Source: Isurus oxyrinchus
Lineage: Eukaryota
Assembly: GCA_026770705.1 (NCBI GenBank)
Contig: JANJGN010000323.1
Location: 372,001 to 436,000, forward strand
DNA: 64,000 nt
Direction: 5' to 3'
Shown here: in pieces, positions 47,221-60,600 of the stretch
Position numbering within the stretch: position 1 is the stretch's first letter
How the letters are laid out: every line of letters starts with the position of its first letter
Translations under genes and position numbers: made by a program
Notes under the pieces: model-generated
What the model was told of the DNA's origin: nothing
The model's input: only the letters and a program-made list of their open reading frames with translations
The model's database searches: none

Positions 47221-48269
47221 AGAGCTTCCTACAACTTAACTAACAGACCAAAGACGTATTGAACTGTCTAAAAGTGATCTGTTTATCAAAGAAATACAAG
47301 ATTGTACACAGATCAAAAATGGCTGACACAAGTCACCTGATTGCTGATACTGTGAAGTTGATCACTTCTCTGGAAAGGTTCAAATGAATTGCACTGCAGA
47401 CCTGTTGCATGGAAGTTCATGCCTGGGGTGTGTCAGGGTTCACTTCAAACAGGGACACTCTTAAAAGGAAGGCATTAAAATGTAAAGTGCTGGACTTTGA
47501 TCAGCTGTAGTTCAATCAAAACAGTGGGAACTGCTCACCAAGCGGATAATCATCAGCCATTCAAAACCCCCTGTGGAGGATACAATACCCCCATCTCCTG
47601 TTGATTTATATCTTGAAATGCATCAAAGGTTTCAGAGATGCAAAGATAAAAAAATGGGAATACTTGGTCTATAACAATGAATGCAAAACATGCTGATCGA
47701 ATTGACTTCAGGGATATACAGACAGGAGTTTAACAAATGGTTCTGCCAAGCAGATATAAGAGAAAGGAGGGGAAAAAGAAATATGGCAGTCTTCCACAAA
47801 CACTGCTGGAAAAGAGCAGAAATGATTTCTCCCTCTCTCTCTCTCTGTCTGAAGCTAACAGAATGTCTTCAACAATGTGCAAGTCTGAGCCAGATAAAAT
47901 ACAGGAATCTACAGAAAACCAACTAATTTAAAACAGCTTCAAACTTCACAGCCTACGCTGTAGTACAAGCAAACGACTCTTTTAATTTTTTATTGGACTC
48001 TATAATTATNNNNNNNNNNNNNNNNNNNNNNNNNNNNNNNNNNNNNNNNNNNNNNNNNNNNNNNNNNNNNNNNNNNNNNNNNNNNNNNNNNNNNNNNNNN
48101 NNNNNNNNNNNNNNNNNNNNNNNNNNNNNNNNNNNNNNNNNNNNNNNNNNNNNNNNNNNNNNNNNNNNNNNNNNNNNNNNNNGTGTGCATTTGTCTGTGT
48201 GTCCATGTGAGCCTGTCTGTGTGTATGTGTCTGTGTGTGTATGCCTGTGCACCTATCTGTGTGTACGTG

Positions 48270-48306
<37 letters not shown>

Positions 48307-49500
48307 TTGTGTGTGTGTTTTGTCCCATTTTAATTATTTTTCCTCCAGTTAGGTAACTAATAAACTTACTCTTTCCTTGACTCCACCAAACATGGTTTAA
48401 TTGGTTCATTCTTAACAATCAAAGAGACTTGTTTTGGAAATCGTATTTCGGGGAAAATATATTTTAAACCCTTTTTTTCAACCAACCATAATTACCTCTT
48501 AAATATCTTAATCTCATTACTACTGAATTCAAAGCCCACATCTCAAAACATACAAGTTGGAAATTGGTTGTGACAGTTGTTTCAAGTTTCCCTCCAGGAT
48601 TTGAACAGCTCAGCATTAACCATCTGTTATGTCATAACAGAGCTTCCTTCAACTTAACCAATGAGCCAAAATCGTATTGAACTGTTTAAAGGAGACCTGT
48701 TTTTCAATAGTACAAGATTAGGCACTGATCAAAAATGGCTGTCACGAGTCACCTGATTGCTGATACTGCAAACTTGATCACTTCTCTGGAAAGCTTCAAA
48801 TGAATTGCACTACAGACATGTTGCATGAAAGTTCTCACTGAAGTGTGTCAGGGTCCACTTGAAACAGGGTCTCCCTTAAAAATGCAAAGCGTTGGACTTT
48901 GATCACTGTAGGTCTATCAAGGTAATGGGAACTGCTCACCATGCAGATATTCATCAATCATTCAACACCTCTTGTGGAGGATGAAATGTCTCCATCTCCT
49001 GTTGATTTATATCTTGAAAAGCATCAAATGTTTCAGAGATACAAAGATCAAAAATGGGATTACTTGGTCTGCGACAATGAATGCAAGACATGCTGATCGA
49101 ATTCCCTTTTGGGAATATACAGACAGGAGTTTAACAACAGGTTCTGTCAAGCAGATATAAGAGAAAGTAGGAGGAAAAAGAAAGATGGCAGTCACTCAAA
49201 AACACTGCTGGAAAAGAGCAGAAATTCTCTCTCTCTCTCTCTCTCTCTTTCTGAAGCTAACAGCGCATCTTCAACAAAGTGCAAATCTGAATCAAATCAC
49301 CACAAGGATGCCACAGGAAACCAATCAACCTTGAACAGCTGCAACCTTCAACAATCTACACCTCAAAGACAAGCAAAGGTGTTAACCATATATTCTTTTA
49401 ATTTTTTATTGGACTCTAACTTTTTAATTATGACATGTGTGTCTGTGTGAACGTGTGTGAATGTGTGTGTGTGTACCTGTGTGCATGTGTATTGTTGCAT
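47221..49500 (+). repeat. Tandem diverged duplication (47221-48638 / 48639-~49500), LTR-like
   Basis: Both copies start agagcttcct.caacttaac and are colinear for ~800 bp; the end of copy 1 (…catctgttatgtcataaca) resembles the end of the 43690-44585 insert. Confidence 0.6.
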
Positions 49501-49679
49501 CTTTATTATAAATGTTATTTAAAAATAGTGATCACACAAGCCTAGTTTCTAAGGAAATGAAACTGCAAACAATTTACAGTAAAGTGAAACGTACAGGAAT
49601 AATCTATTTTGAGCTGATGATATATAATTATACATGATGCATCTTGCTAATTTCAAACATCATCTGAAATATGGTAGGT

Positions 49680-50105
49680 CTGACAGAGCAGCATTTTCTC
49701 AGTGCTCAGCCTCTGACAGTGCAGCACTCACTCAGCACTGACCATCTGACAGTGCAGCGCTCCCTCAGTACTGATCCTCTGACAGTGCAGCACTCCCTCA
49801 GTACTGACCATCTGACAGTGCAGCGCTCCCTCAGTACTGACCCTCTGACAGTGCAGCATTCCCTCAGCACTCACCCTCCGACAGTGCAGCACTCCCTCAT
49901 CACTGACCCTCTGGCAGTGCAGCACTCCCTCAGTGCTCACCGTCTGACAGTGCAGCACTCCCTCAGTGCTCACCCTCTGACAGTGCAGCACTCCCTCAGC
50001 ACTGACCCTCTGGGAGTGCAGCACTCCCTCAGTACTGACTCTCCGACAGTGCAGCACTCCCTCAGTACTGACCTTCCAACAGTGCAGCACTCCCTCAGCA
50101 CTCCC
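49680..50105 (+). repeat. 33-bp minisatellite array
   Basis: Tandem units. Confidence 0.9.
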
Positions 50106-50177
50106 TCACTAGGGAGAGTCCGTCTGCATTTTGAGCTGAAACCTTGACATGTCTCAAAACACCAACCTTCCATCTCG

Positions 50178-51557
50178 GAGAGAGAGAGTGCGTTTGTGTG
50201 TGAGAGAGAGAGACAATGTATGTGTGAGAGACTGAGTGTGTATGTGTGAGAGAGCAAAAGAGAGTTAGAGTGTGTGTGCATGAGAGAGGGAGGTAGCTTG
50301 TGTGTGTGAGAGAGAGTGTGTGTGAGAGAAAGAAAATGTCTATGTGAGAGTGAGAGAGAGTATACGTGTGAGAGAGAAAGAGAGAGAATGTATGTGTGAG
50401 ATAGTGTGCGTGCAAAAGAGAGTGTGTGTCTGTGAGAGAGTGTTTGTGTATGTGAGAGTGTGTGTGTGAGATTATGTGTGTGTGTGTGTGTGTGTGTTTG
50501 AGAGAGAGGGAGATTGTGCGTTTGAGAGAGGGAGTGAGAGAGAACATGTGTGTGAGAGAGAGAGTGTGTGTGTGTATGTGTGTGTGTGAAAGAGAAAGTG
50601 TTTGTGCAAAAGAGTGTGTGTNNNNNNNNNNNNNNNNNNNNNNNNNNNNNNNNNNNNNNNNNNNNNNNNNNNNNNNNNNNNNNNNNNNNNNNNNNNNNNN
50701 NNNNNNNNNNNNNNNNNNNNNNNNNNNNNNNNNNNNNNNNNNNNNNNNNNNNNNNNNNNNNNNNNNNNNNNNNNNNNNNNNNNNNNNNNNNNNNNNNNNN
50801 NNNNNNNNNNNNNNNNNNNNNNNNNNNNNNNACAGTTACACACGTTGCTAGGGACCACTTTTCCGCCTCTCTGTCAGACTGTGTGTATCTGACAGCAGGT
50901 CAGGCAGAAATAGTCCAGAATGCGCTGTGGTTTTGTAGCATTGAAACAACGACAGGAACTAAATGAGTGCTGCACCAAATAAAGACATGGAGTTACCACA
51001 CCAAAAAACCACGTGACTTCCCCAGTTTCACATCTCCCTCAAACACAGAAAAACTGGGTTAACACTGACCCTCCTCCCAGAGCTAGTTCACCTCGTGTCC
51101 GATGCAGTCAGGAGAGGAAGATCATCTCTCCTCCGATCCTGGTAAACTGAACATTTCCAGAATTAGATCAGCTCCCTGAAGTGTCTCCAGTTAGTCATTC
51201 ATCTGACAGGATTGACTCTACAACCTTGGGAACTCATTCTCCTGTAAGTAAAACACTTGCTGCTCCTGTCAAATCTCTTCTGTATAGCATGATCTCTGGA
51301 TGTCCCAGAACACTTTACAAGTGAGTGCACCCTTTTTTCGAAGTGTGGTTACTGTTGTAATGTAGGAAATGCAGCAGCCAATTAGCGCACAGCAAGCTCC
51401 CACAAACAGCAATGTGATCATCTGTTTTTAGTGATGTTGGTTGAGGGATAAATATTGGTGCCAGGACACCGGGGAGATCTCCCCCCTGCTCTTCCTCCAA
51501 ATAGTGGCTGTGGGATCTTTCACACCCGCCCGAGAGGGCAGACGGGGGACTCAGTTT
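50178..51557 (+). repeat. Direct segmental duplicate of 1-~1492
   Basis: 50832-51557 differs from 765-1492 only by scattered substitutions. Confidence 0.9.
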
Positions 51558-51884
51558 AATGTCTCATTCAACATTGTTGTGCTCCCTCAGTACTAACCCT
51601 TTGACACTGCAGCACTCCCTTAGTATTAACCCTTCGATAGTGCTGCGCTCCCTCAGTACTGTCCCTCCGTCAGTGCAGCTCTATTTCAGTACTAACCCTT
51701 CGACACAGCAGCACTCCCTCAGTACTGACCTCCGACAGTATAGCACTCCCTCAGTACTGTCCCTCCAATAGTGCAACGCTTCCACACTACTGACCCTCTG
51801 AGAGTGCAGCACTCCCTCAGCACGGAGCGTTGATCTACATTATGGGACTGAATTCCCTGGAGTGAGACTCAGACCAGTGATTTA

Positions 51885-52850
51885 GGTAGGGTTGTGGGGG
51901 CTGGAGGAGGTTACAGTGATAGGGAGGGCTGTAGAGGCTGTAGGAGGTTACAGAGAAAGGGAGGGTTGTAAGGGCTGTAGGAAGTTACAGAGATAGGGAG
52001 GGTTGTAGAGGCTGTAGGAGGTTACAGAGATAGGGAGGGTTGTAGGGGCTGTAGGAGGTTACAGAGATAGGGAGGTGAGTAGGGGCTGTAGGAGGTTAAA
52101 GAGATGGGGGGGTTGTGGGGGCTGGAGGAGGTTACAGAGGTAGGGAGGGTTGTAGAGGCTGGAGGAGGTTACCAAAATAGATACTGTTGTAGGGGCCACA
52201 GTAGGTTACAGAGATAGGGAGAGTTATAGTGTGGAGAGGACGTTATAGAGTTCATGAGCATTGTAGGGGCTGGAGGATGTTACAGTGATTCTGAGGGTCG
52301 TGGGGCCTGGAGGAGGTTACAGAGATAGGGAGGGTTGTAGAGTCTGGAGGAGGTTACAGAGATAGGGAAGGTTGTAGGGTCTGGAGCAGGTTACAGAGAT
52401 AGGGAGGGTTGTAGGGTCTAGAGGAGGTTACAGTGATCATGAGGGTTGTGGGGCCTGGGGGAGGTTACAGAGATAGGGAGGTTTATAGGGGCTGGAGGAG
52501 GTTACAGAGATAGGGAGGGTTGTAGGGGCTGGAGGAGTTTACGGAGATAGGGAGTGTTGTAGGGGCTGGAGGAGGTTACAGAGATAGGGAGGGTTGTAGG
52601 GGCTGGAGGAGGTTACAGAGATAGGGAGGGTTGTAGGGGCTGGAGGAGGTAACAGAGATAGGGACAGTTGTAGGGGCTGGAGGAAGTTACAGAGATGGGG
52701 ATTGTTGTAGGGGCTGGAGGAGGTCACAGATATAGGGAGGGTTGTAGCGGCTGGAGGAGGTTACAGAGATAGGGAGAGTTGTAGGGGCTGGAGGAGTTTA
52801 CAGAGATAGGGAGGGTTGTATGGGCTGGAGGAGGTTACAGAGATAGGGAG
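51885..52850 (+). repeat. 37-bp G-rich minisatellite
   Basis: ggaggaggttacagagatagggagggttgtaggggct, ~26 units. Confidence 0.95.
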
Positions 52851-54874
52851 TCGCTGAGGAGGGATTGAAAACAAGAATGAGAATTTCAGGACAAGCTTGC
52901 CCACAATAGGAGGGAGAGGTCCCAGACTGGTGGTTGGATGCCTGGGTTAAAGGCGGTCATTCCCTATAAGGAGGGTGTTGTTGAACTGGCCAGAAAGGAC
53001 CGAGACTGTGCCTGTGGCGACGGTTAGGTCAGCAGTGCATACTCAAGTGAGAACCCTTAACCAGCTGATCTTTCAGACAATGATACTGTGAGCACATTGT
53101 CATGTCAAGTCAGCTGTCATGCACAAATTACCTTTACTCACTTTCATAGGCACCACAGCCAAATGCCCCAGAGGCACCAGGAGCCAGCCCCTCCTCTCCA
53201 GCCCTTCAGCATCTGAGATGAGGAGCATGAGGACACCACCATTGAAGACCCATCACAGCACTCACCCACACCCTCCACCAGCACAGAGACACACATCTCG
53301 GTGGTACCTAGATTTAGAGCAGGCTCATGTTCACAATCTGGTAAGCACAGCACAGAACCTGGGTCCATGGCAGGCAGAGGCAGGGCACCAGCATTCAGAG
53401 GACTGCTGGAGGCCAGGATTCTGCTGAGTTCCAGTCAGATGATAAGCCTGCAGACTTGGTCCTTGTTCAAATGTTGGAGCTGTTGCGACAGACACGGGAA
53501 TATCAGGCAGGGTTGTCAGCTGCATTCTGCAGATTGCAACACATGACAGAGGAGTCTGTCCATGTTCAGCCAGTGTAATAGTGCCGGCGCACTGAGTTCA
53601 ACACTGGTCGGATGGCGGCCGCCATGGAGATCTTGGTCCAGGACATAGGCCCTGCACTGCTCCAGGAGTTGTACTCCATCACTGTAGGCATTGGTGGCAT
53701 CCATCAGTGGCTATGCGAGAAGGGGCTAGGGGACTTTGATCTCACTCCAGCTGTTCCTTCTCCTCAAGGATTCAGCTAGGCGCCCTCAGGCATCCATAGG
53801 CAGGAGGACCAGCAGCTGAACAGCCCATGGTCATTCACCTGTGTGACTCCTGTGTGAGAGAGAGGGAGAGATACAGAGTGGGAGAAGGAGACAGGGGAGT
53901 GAGAGGGAGAGAGACAGGAAAAGGGAGAGAGGAGAGAAAGATTGGGAGAGAGGGCAATTGAGAGGAAGAGTAGGAGAGAGAGAGACAGGGAGAGGAGGAG
54001 TGGATGAGAGGAAGAGAGAGAGAGATATGGAGCAGGAGAACACCTCCTCCGGTCCCGATGTTCCTCCAAAATCTCTGACATTACTGCATCTCCCGGGTCC
54101 CCCTGATTCCCATCGCTCCACCATTGGTGGCCGTGCGTTCAGCTGCCTGGGGCCCTGAGCTCCGGAATACCCTCCCTTAACCTCTCTGCCTCTCTCTCTC
54201 TCTCTCCTTTAAGACGTTCCTTAAAAACTGACATCTTTGACCAAGCTTTTGGTCACCTATCCCTAATATCTCCATATGTGACTCAGTGTTATACTTCTCT
54301 CTGATTTACGCTCCGGTAATGTGGGCTGGGACATTTTGCAATGTCAGAGGCGCTGTGTAAATGCAAGTTGTGAGTGTTATGTGGAAGGGAGACCCCAGGC
54401 GGCAGTCAGTGCCAGAGACTGGAGTCATTGTGTGCAGACCATATCTAATCCCTCCGAATGCACAATCGGTTTGACTGTCAGCCAAAGCATTTTTGATATT
54501 TGATCCTTCTACCTGTTTATAACCAGGCCTACATCAAACACCGAGAGGCTGGTTAATCAACAGACACCTTAGAGGATCGAGTGAAAGACAAAGAGGACTT
54601 GCATTTCTCTAGCGCCTTCCAACACATCAGGACGTCCCAAAGTGTTTCGCAGACAATCAAGTGCTTTTTTCTTTCATGTGAGGTCACTGATGTAATGTGG
54701 GAAAAGAATCATCCATTGGCGCACAGTAAGATCCCACAGACAGCAGCATGATAATGACCAGCGCGCTCCCAGTACTTGCACTGCAAGTGTCAGTTCAGGG
54801 TGTCTGCTCGATTCTCTGCGACTCTCAGCTCTGAGTTAAAAGGACCACCAGGCGTAATTGAGGAATGACCGAGC

Positions 54875-55590
54875 TATCGGAGGGTCAGTATTGAGGGTGT
54901 GCTGCATTGTCAGAGGGTCAGTACTGAGGGAGTGCTGCATTGTCAGAGGGTTAGTACTGAGGGAGTGCTGCATTGTCAGAGGGTCAGTCTTGAGGGAGTG
55001 TTGCACTGTCGAAGGGTCAGTACCGGCGGGGAGATGCACAGTCGGAGGGTCAGTACTGAGGGAGTGTTGCATTGTCAGAGGGTCAGTCTTGAGGGAGTGC
55101 TGCACTGTTGGAGGGTCAGTACTGAGGATGTGCTGCATTGTCAGAGTCAGTACTGAGGGAGTGCTGCACAGTCGGAGGGTCAGTACTGAGGGGGTGCTGC
55201 ACTGTTGAAGGCGCTGTCTTTCAGATGAGACATTAAACTGGGGCAACCAATCTGCCCTCTCAGGTGGATATAGAGGATTCCATGGCCACAATTTAAATGA
55301 AGTGCGTCAGGAGTTGGGGGGTATGTGTGGAGGGGGTGGTGGGGGCTGGATGGGTGGAGTTATGTCCACTTTCCTGCGGCAAACATTTATCCCTCAACTG
55401 ACATTGGTAAAAAACTGAAAATCGGGGCCATTATCACATTTCTGTTTGTGGGATCTTGCTGTGCGTGAATTGCCTGCTGCGTTTCCTACATTACAGCGGT
55501 GAGCTCACTTCAGAAAAAGTCCTTCCATCAGCTGTTGAACATTTTGGGCCATCCTGAGGTGGGGAAAGGTGCTAGAGAAATGCGCCATCC
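54875..55590 (+). mobile_element. Deu-domain SINE whose 5' portion is expanded into the 33-bp array
   Basis: Array 54875-55205 runs directly into gcgctgtctttcagatgagacattaaac…ctgccctctcaggtgga…tttgtgggatcttgctgtgc. Confidence 0.7.
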
Positions 55591-56139
55591 TCCTTCCAAT
55601 GACGCGCCTGATTGAAATGATGCCAGAGTCAAAGGGAGGCGGTGCCTTCTTTCTTTCCGGAATGTTCTCACCTATTGTCCTCCTGCTTTTCCAGGGCTCC
55701 TTGCTGCAGCGCCAGAACAGAATGAGCAGACAGCAGCTCTGCAGATTCTGCTGTAACTGCTGTAATTGGAGAGAATCAAATGAGACTTGTGGTATCTGCT
55801 GTAGATATTAGACCCTGGCCTCATTCACGCAAGGTCATCCTGCACCATGCCACAGCCTCTCCCCTCCTTATCTACTGCTTAGCAATCTATTTCACACAGG
55901 CCCTGTTCATTAATTCCAACTGAAACTTTACCTGCGTTTTACAGCAGGGAAAGAAGCCATTTGGCCCATCTGCTCCATGCTGGTGTTTCTGCTCCACACG
56001 AGTCTCCGCCCACCCCTTCTCCATCTCACCCCATCACCATATCCTTCTATTCATTTCTCCCTCGTGTGTTTATCCAGCTTCCCCTTAAATACATCGACAC
56101 TATTCACCTCACGTGACTGTGTTTGTGTCTGTCTTTATG

Positions 56140-56630
56140 AGCGTGTGTGTGTGTGTGTGTGTGACTGTCAATATGTGTGTGTCAATGTGAATGAGTGAGT
56201 GTGTCAGTGTGTCTGTGTGGGTGTGTGTGACTGTCAGTGTGTGTCAATGTGAATGAGTGAGTGTGTCAGTGTGTCTGTGTGGGTGTGTGTTACTGTGTCA
56301 GTGTGTGTCAATGTGAATGAGTGAGTGTGTCAGTGTGTCTGTGTGGGTGTGTGTGACTGTGTCAGTGTGTGTCAATGTGAATGAGTGAGTGTGTCAGTGT
56401 GTCTGTGTGGGTGTGTGTGACTGTGTCAGTGTGTGTCAATGTGAATGAGTGAGTGTGTCAGTGTGTCTGTGTGGGTGTGTGTGACTGTGTCAGTGTGTGT
56501 CAATGTGAATGAGTGAGTGTGTCAGTGTGTCTGTGTGGGTGTGTGTGACTGTCAGTGCGTGTCAATGTGAATGAGTCAGTGTGTCAGTGTGTCTGTGTGG
56601 GTGTGGGTGTGTGAGTGTGCAAGTGAATGT
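56140..56630 (+). repeat. ~64-bp GT-rich tandem repeat
   Basis: gactgtgtcagtgtgtgtcaatgtgaatgagtgagtgtgtcagtgtgtctgtgtgggtgtgtgt, ~7 copies. Confidence 0.9.
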
Positions 56631-58473
56631 GTGAGGAATCTTATGACTAAGTCATTTGAATGGATGTTACTGGGGTTAATCATAGTTAAAATTCAGAGAG
56701 ATGTAAAGCGGGCTGCTGATTTTGCTGCTTTATGCTCCCGGGCACAGATTCACCCTGACAATGTGTTCATGATTCACCATCATCTTGTCGGGACTTTAAT
56801 TGTAAAGATGATGATTTGTTAAAAAAAATGAATAAACAACTTTTGTCTTCGCAAAGTGTCTGGCTTGGTATTTCAGGCTACTTGTCTCCCCCTCACCCTC
56901 CCCCCCCACCATGCCCCCCACACCAGGGAACAATTGTCCCCCCTTCCTCTGAAGTTCGGGGTAAAGATCAGCTTTGTTCAATGCAAGCTGTTCCGACATC
57001 GAGAACGTTGTTACAAATATCTCACAAAGGGCACACGCCATGATAGCCCACTTTCAACAGATTTTACCAGTTGACCAGGTTGAAAACCTTTTCATAAACC
57101 ACAACGTAGGTATTCAATTCTTGCTGCTGTTTGCTTAATGCTCTCATAACTGCTATAACCTCTCTAGTTCCACTACATAACAACACAAACATAAATAAAC
57201 AGAAGCAGGAGTAGGCCTTTTGGCCCCCCAAGCCTGCTTGTCCATTCAATTTGAACCTGGCTCCTGCTGAAAGTTATTTAAGTTGAAGCGATAAAGCCAT
57301 CAGGTGCAGGGATTAAAATGTAAGCAAAGGAAAAATAATACTTAGAGATGAGAGTTAAAATCAGTTTCTGTCAAGTATCATAGTGAGGCCCATTGCTCTG
57401 GATTCCTTCTTTCCAGAGTGAAGGGTTTGAAACTAGGAGTCACATTCAGCAGCTGCATTGTCTTCTCTAGTCGACTGTTTGGAGGTTGCCTGTAGATGTG
57501 AATCAGCAGGTCAGCAGCTTTGAGGAGTGAGTGAAGGTCCCTTTTATTTACAGGATCTGCCACAGGATGTGCAGGAATATTCCTGCTGAATCCCCCATCC
57601 TTGTATTCATGAAGGTTTTGAAACTGGAAGTCATATTCAGCAGCTGCAATGGCCTTTGTAGTCAACTGTCTGGAGGTTGCCTGTACAGGTGGACTCGGCA
57701 TGTCAACAGCTTTGTTGGGCGGGGGACACGGGTAGTGAAGGTCCCTTTTCTTTAAAGGCTCTGCCAGTGCAAAACTTGATGATCCTGGGTCAAAATCATG
57801 TAACTCCCTCCCCAAAAGCACTGTGGGTGTGACCTATGGAGGGTCCTTGGCTTCGACAAGCAGCCTACCAGCTCTGCTCTCAATTCCTCTTCACACTTGC
57901 TTCCTTCCTCCTCTGGTCTTTACTTTGTTATAGTGTTAGTGTCCGCTCTGCCTTTTTTGTTGCTTTCCCAATTCTTCCCACCAACTCTCTCTGGCTTGAT
58001 CCTTCTCTGTGCTCATCTCATTGGTTTGAGTTTCTATCCGTTCATTGACCTGGTGTAATCTGAAACTGGTGCAATCAGGTAGGGGTGGGGGGGTTGGCGC
58101 TGGCCGTGGGTGGTGATACACGGCTACCTTTTTACCAAAATTCTTTCACGGGATGTGGACAGCGTTTGTTACCTGTTCCTGACTGAGCCCTGGAGAAGGG
58201 GGTGCTGAGCTGCCTTTTCGAAGTGCTGCAGTTCGCCTGGTTTGACTGGTCTGCGGCGGGTTTTGATATAACTCAGTGGCTTGCTCGGCCATTTCAGGGG
58301 CCAGTTAAGAGTCAACCACATTGCTGTGGGTCAGCAGTCACACGTAGGCCAGAATGGGTAAGGACGGCAGGTTTCCTTCCCCAAAGGGCATTAGTGACCC
58401 AGATGGGTTTTTGCAACAATTGGCCTTAGTTTCATGGTCACCATTACTGAGACTAGCTTCGCATTCCAGATGT

Positions 58474-60435
58474 CACATCCAGTCGTGGACAATTAAACAA
58501 CTCACTGTAGGAGGAGGCTCCACAAATATCCCCATCCTCAATGATGGAGGAGCCCAGCACACCAGTGCAAAAGACAAGACTGAAGCATGCACAACAATCT
58601 TCAGCCAGAAGTGCTGAGTGGCTGATCCATCTTGGCCTCCTCCTGAGGTCCCCAGCATCACAGATGCCAATCTTTAGCCAATTCGATTAATTCCACGTGA
58701 TATCAAGGAAGGGCTGAAGGCACTGGATATTGCAAATGCTCCAGACCCTGACATTATTCCGGCAATAGTACTGAAGACTTGTGCTCCAGAACTTGCTGCG
58801 CCCCTAGCCAAGCTTTTCTGGAATTTTCTAGTACAGCTGCAACACTGGCAACTACCCGGCTATGGGGTACGTCCTGTACACAAAAAGCAGGACAAATCCA
58901 ACCCAGCCAATTCCCCAGCAGTCTATTCTTGATCATTACTAAAGTGATGGAAGGGGTCATCAACAGCGCTTGCAAGCAGCACCTGCTTACCAAGAACCTG
59001 CTCACTGACGCTCAGTTTGTGTTCCACCAGGATCATTCAGCTCCTGGCCTCATTACAGCCTTGGTTCAAACATGCACAAATGAGCTGAACTCCAGAGGTG
59101 AGGTGAGAGTGACTGCCCTTGACATCAAGGCAGCATTTGACTGAGTGTGGCAAAACAAGGAGCCCGAGCAAAACTGGAGTCAATGGGAATCGGGGGAAAA
59201 CTCTCCGCTGCTTGGAGTCATACCCAGCACAAAGGACGATGGTTGTGATTGTTGGGGGTCAATCATCTCAGTTCCAGGACATCACTGCAGGAGTTACTCA
59301 GGGTAGTGTCCTAGTCTCAAACATCTTCAACTGCTTCATCAATGTCCTTCCTTCCATCATAAGGTCAGAAGTGGGGATGTTTGCTGATGTTTGCACAATG
59401 TTCAGCACCATTCACGGCTCCTCAGATACTGAAGCAAGTTATGTCCAAATGCAGCAAGACCTGGACAACATCCAGGCTTGGGCTGACAGGTGACAAGTAA
59501 CATTCATGCCACACAAGTACCAGGCAATGACCAGCTCCAACAAGAGAGAATCTAACTGAAGGCGCAGAAAATTTGGATTTATTTTAAAGAGCCAGCCAGG
59601 ACCAGCAGCTAGGGCGCCAAAGCATACACATCCTTACGTGAAAGCTAAAAACCTGTACAAAGGGCTCAGCTGTAAATTTGCAATGAGGAAATGGGAGACA
59701 CACACACAAGGACACTGGGTGACTCAATCAAGAAATGGGGAAGGTTATTTCACACCGTCCGATGGCCTTGAACCACATCCAGTCAGCCTCCGGAAACCTT
59801 TTGTATTGAACAAACATAGATTCTTTGCTGTCTCCAAAGGACAATAGCCAGTCTCTGCCCTGTAATTACTGTACAAGAACACAATTATCAGCCCACCGGA
59901 GGGTCATTGTGCTGTGGCCTTTGTCTAACTAATACCATTACCTTGTAACTGAGAGTAAAAAATATATAAACTGTGCTCATTTGAACCTCGGTGGAGAAGC
60001 GCCTGGACTGCCCAGCGTTTGCTCCCCACATGCGTAATAAAGGAACCACTTGAATATTGCATCTGGAGTCCGAGTGTTGACATTTTGTACCAGAATATCC
60101 CACAGACCATTCATAACCATCGCCCCTTGGCATTCAATGGCATTACCATCACTGAATCCCCCAATATCAACATGCTGGGAGTTACCATTGAGCAGAAACT
60201 GAACTGGACCAGCCATTTAAACACTGTGGCTGCAAGAGCAGGTCAGAGGCTGGGAACCCTGCAGACAGTAACTCACCTCCTGACTCCCCAAAGCCTGTCC
60301 ACCATCTACAACGCACAAGTCAGGAGTGTGATGGAATACTCTCCACATGCCTGGATGAGTGCAGCTCCAACAACACTCAAGAAGCTTGACACCATCCAGG
60401 ACAAAGCAGCCCGATTGATTGGCTCCCCTTCCACA
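58474..60435 (+). mobile_element. CR1/L2-type LINE ORF2 (RT) fragment split by a solo LTR
   Basis: ALDIKAAFD, GVTQGSVL, MFADVC, QKLNWTSHLNTVAARAGQRLG; frameshifts and stops. Confidence 0.88.
59557..60113 (+). mobile_element. Solo LTR (557 bp)
   Basis: TGAA…TTCA termini; 4-bp TSD TAAC at 59553-59556 and 60114-60117; TATA-like tatataaa ~59963; AATAAA 60036-60041. Confidence 0.85.
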
Positions 60436-60600
60436 GAGCTAGATAGATTCTTGATTAACAATGGGGTGAAAGGTCATTGGGGGTAGGCAGGAATGTGAGG
60501 TTGAGGTGACAATCAGATCAGCCATGATCTTACTGAATGGCGGAGCAGGTTCGAGGGACTGAGTGACCTACTCCTGATCCTAACTCAGATATCCATATGT
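60436..60600 (+). mobile_element. CR1 LINE 3' tail fragment
   Basis: gatagattcttgat…agatcagccatgatcttactgaatggcggagcagg, homologous to 8200-8345. Confidence 0.7.

Noticed and set aside
52900-53830. Possible gene or DNA-transposon remnant in non-tandem sequence
   Set aside because: Only short broken ORFs and no motif I can confidently recognise.
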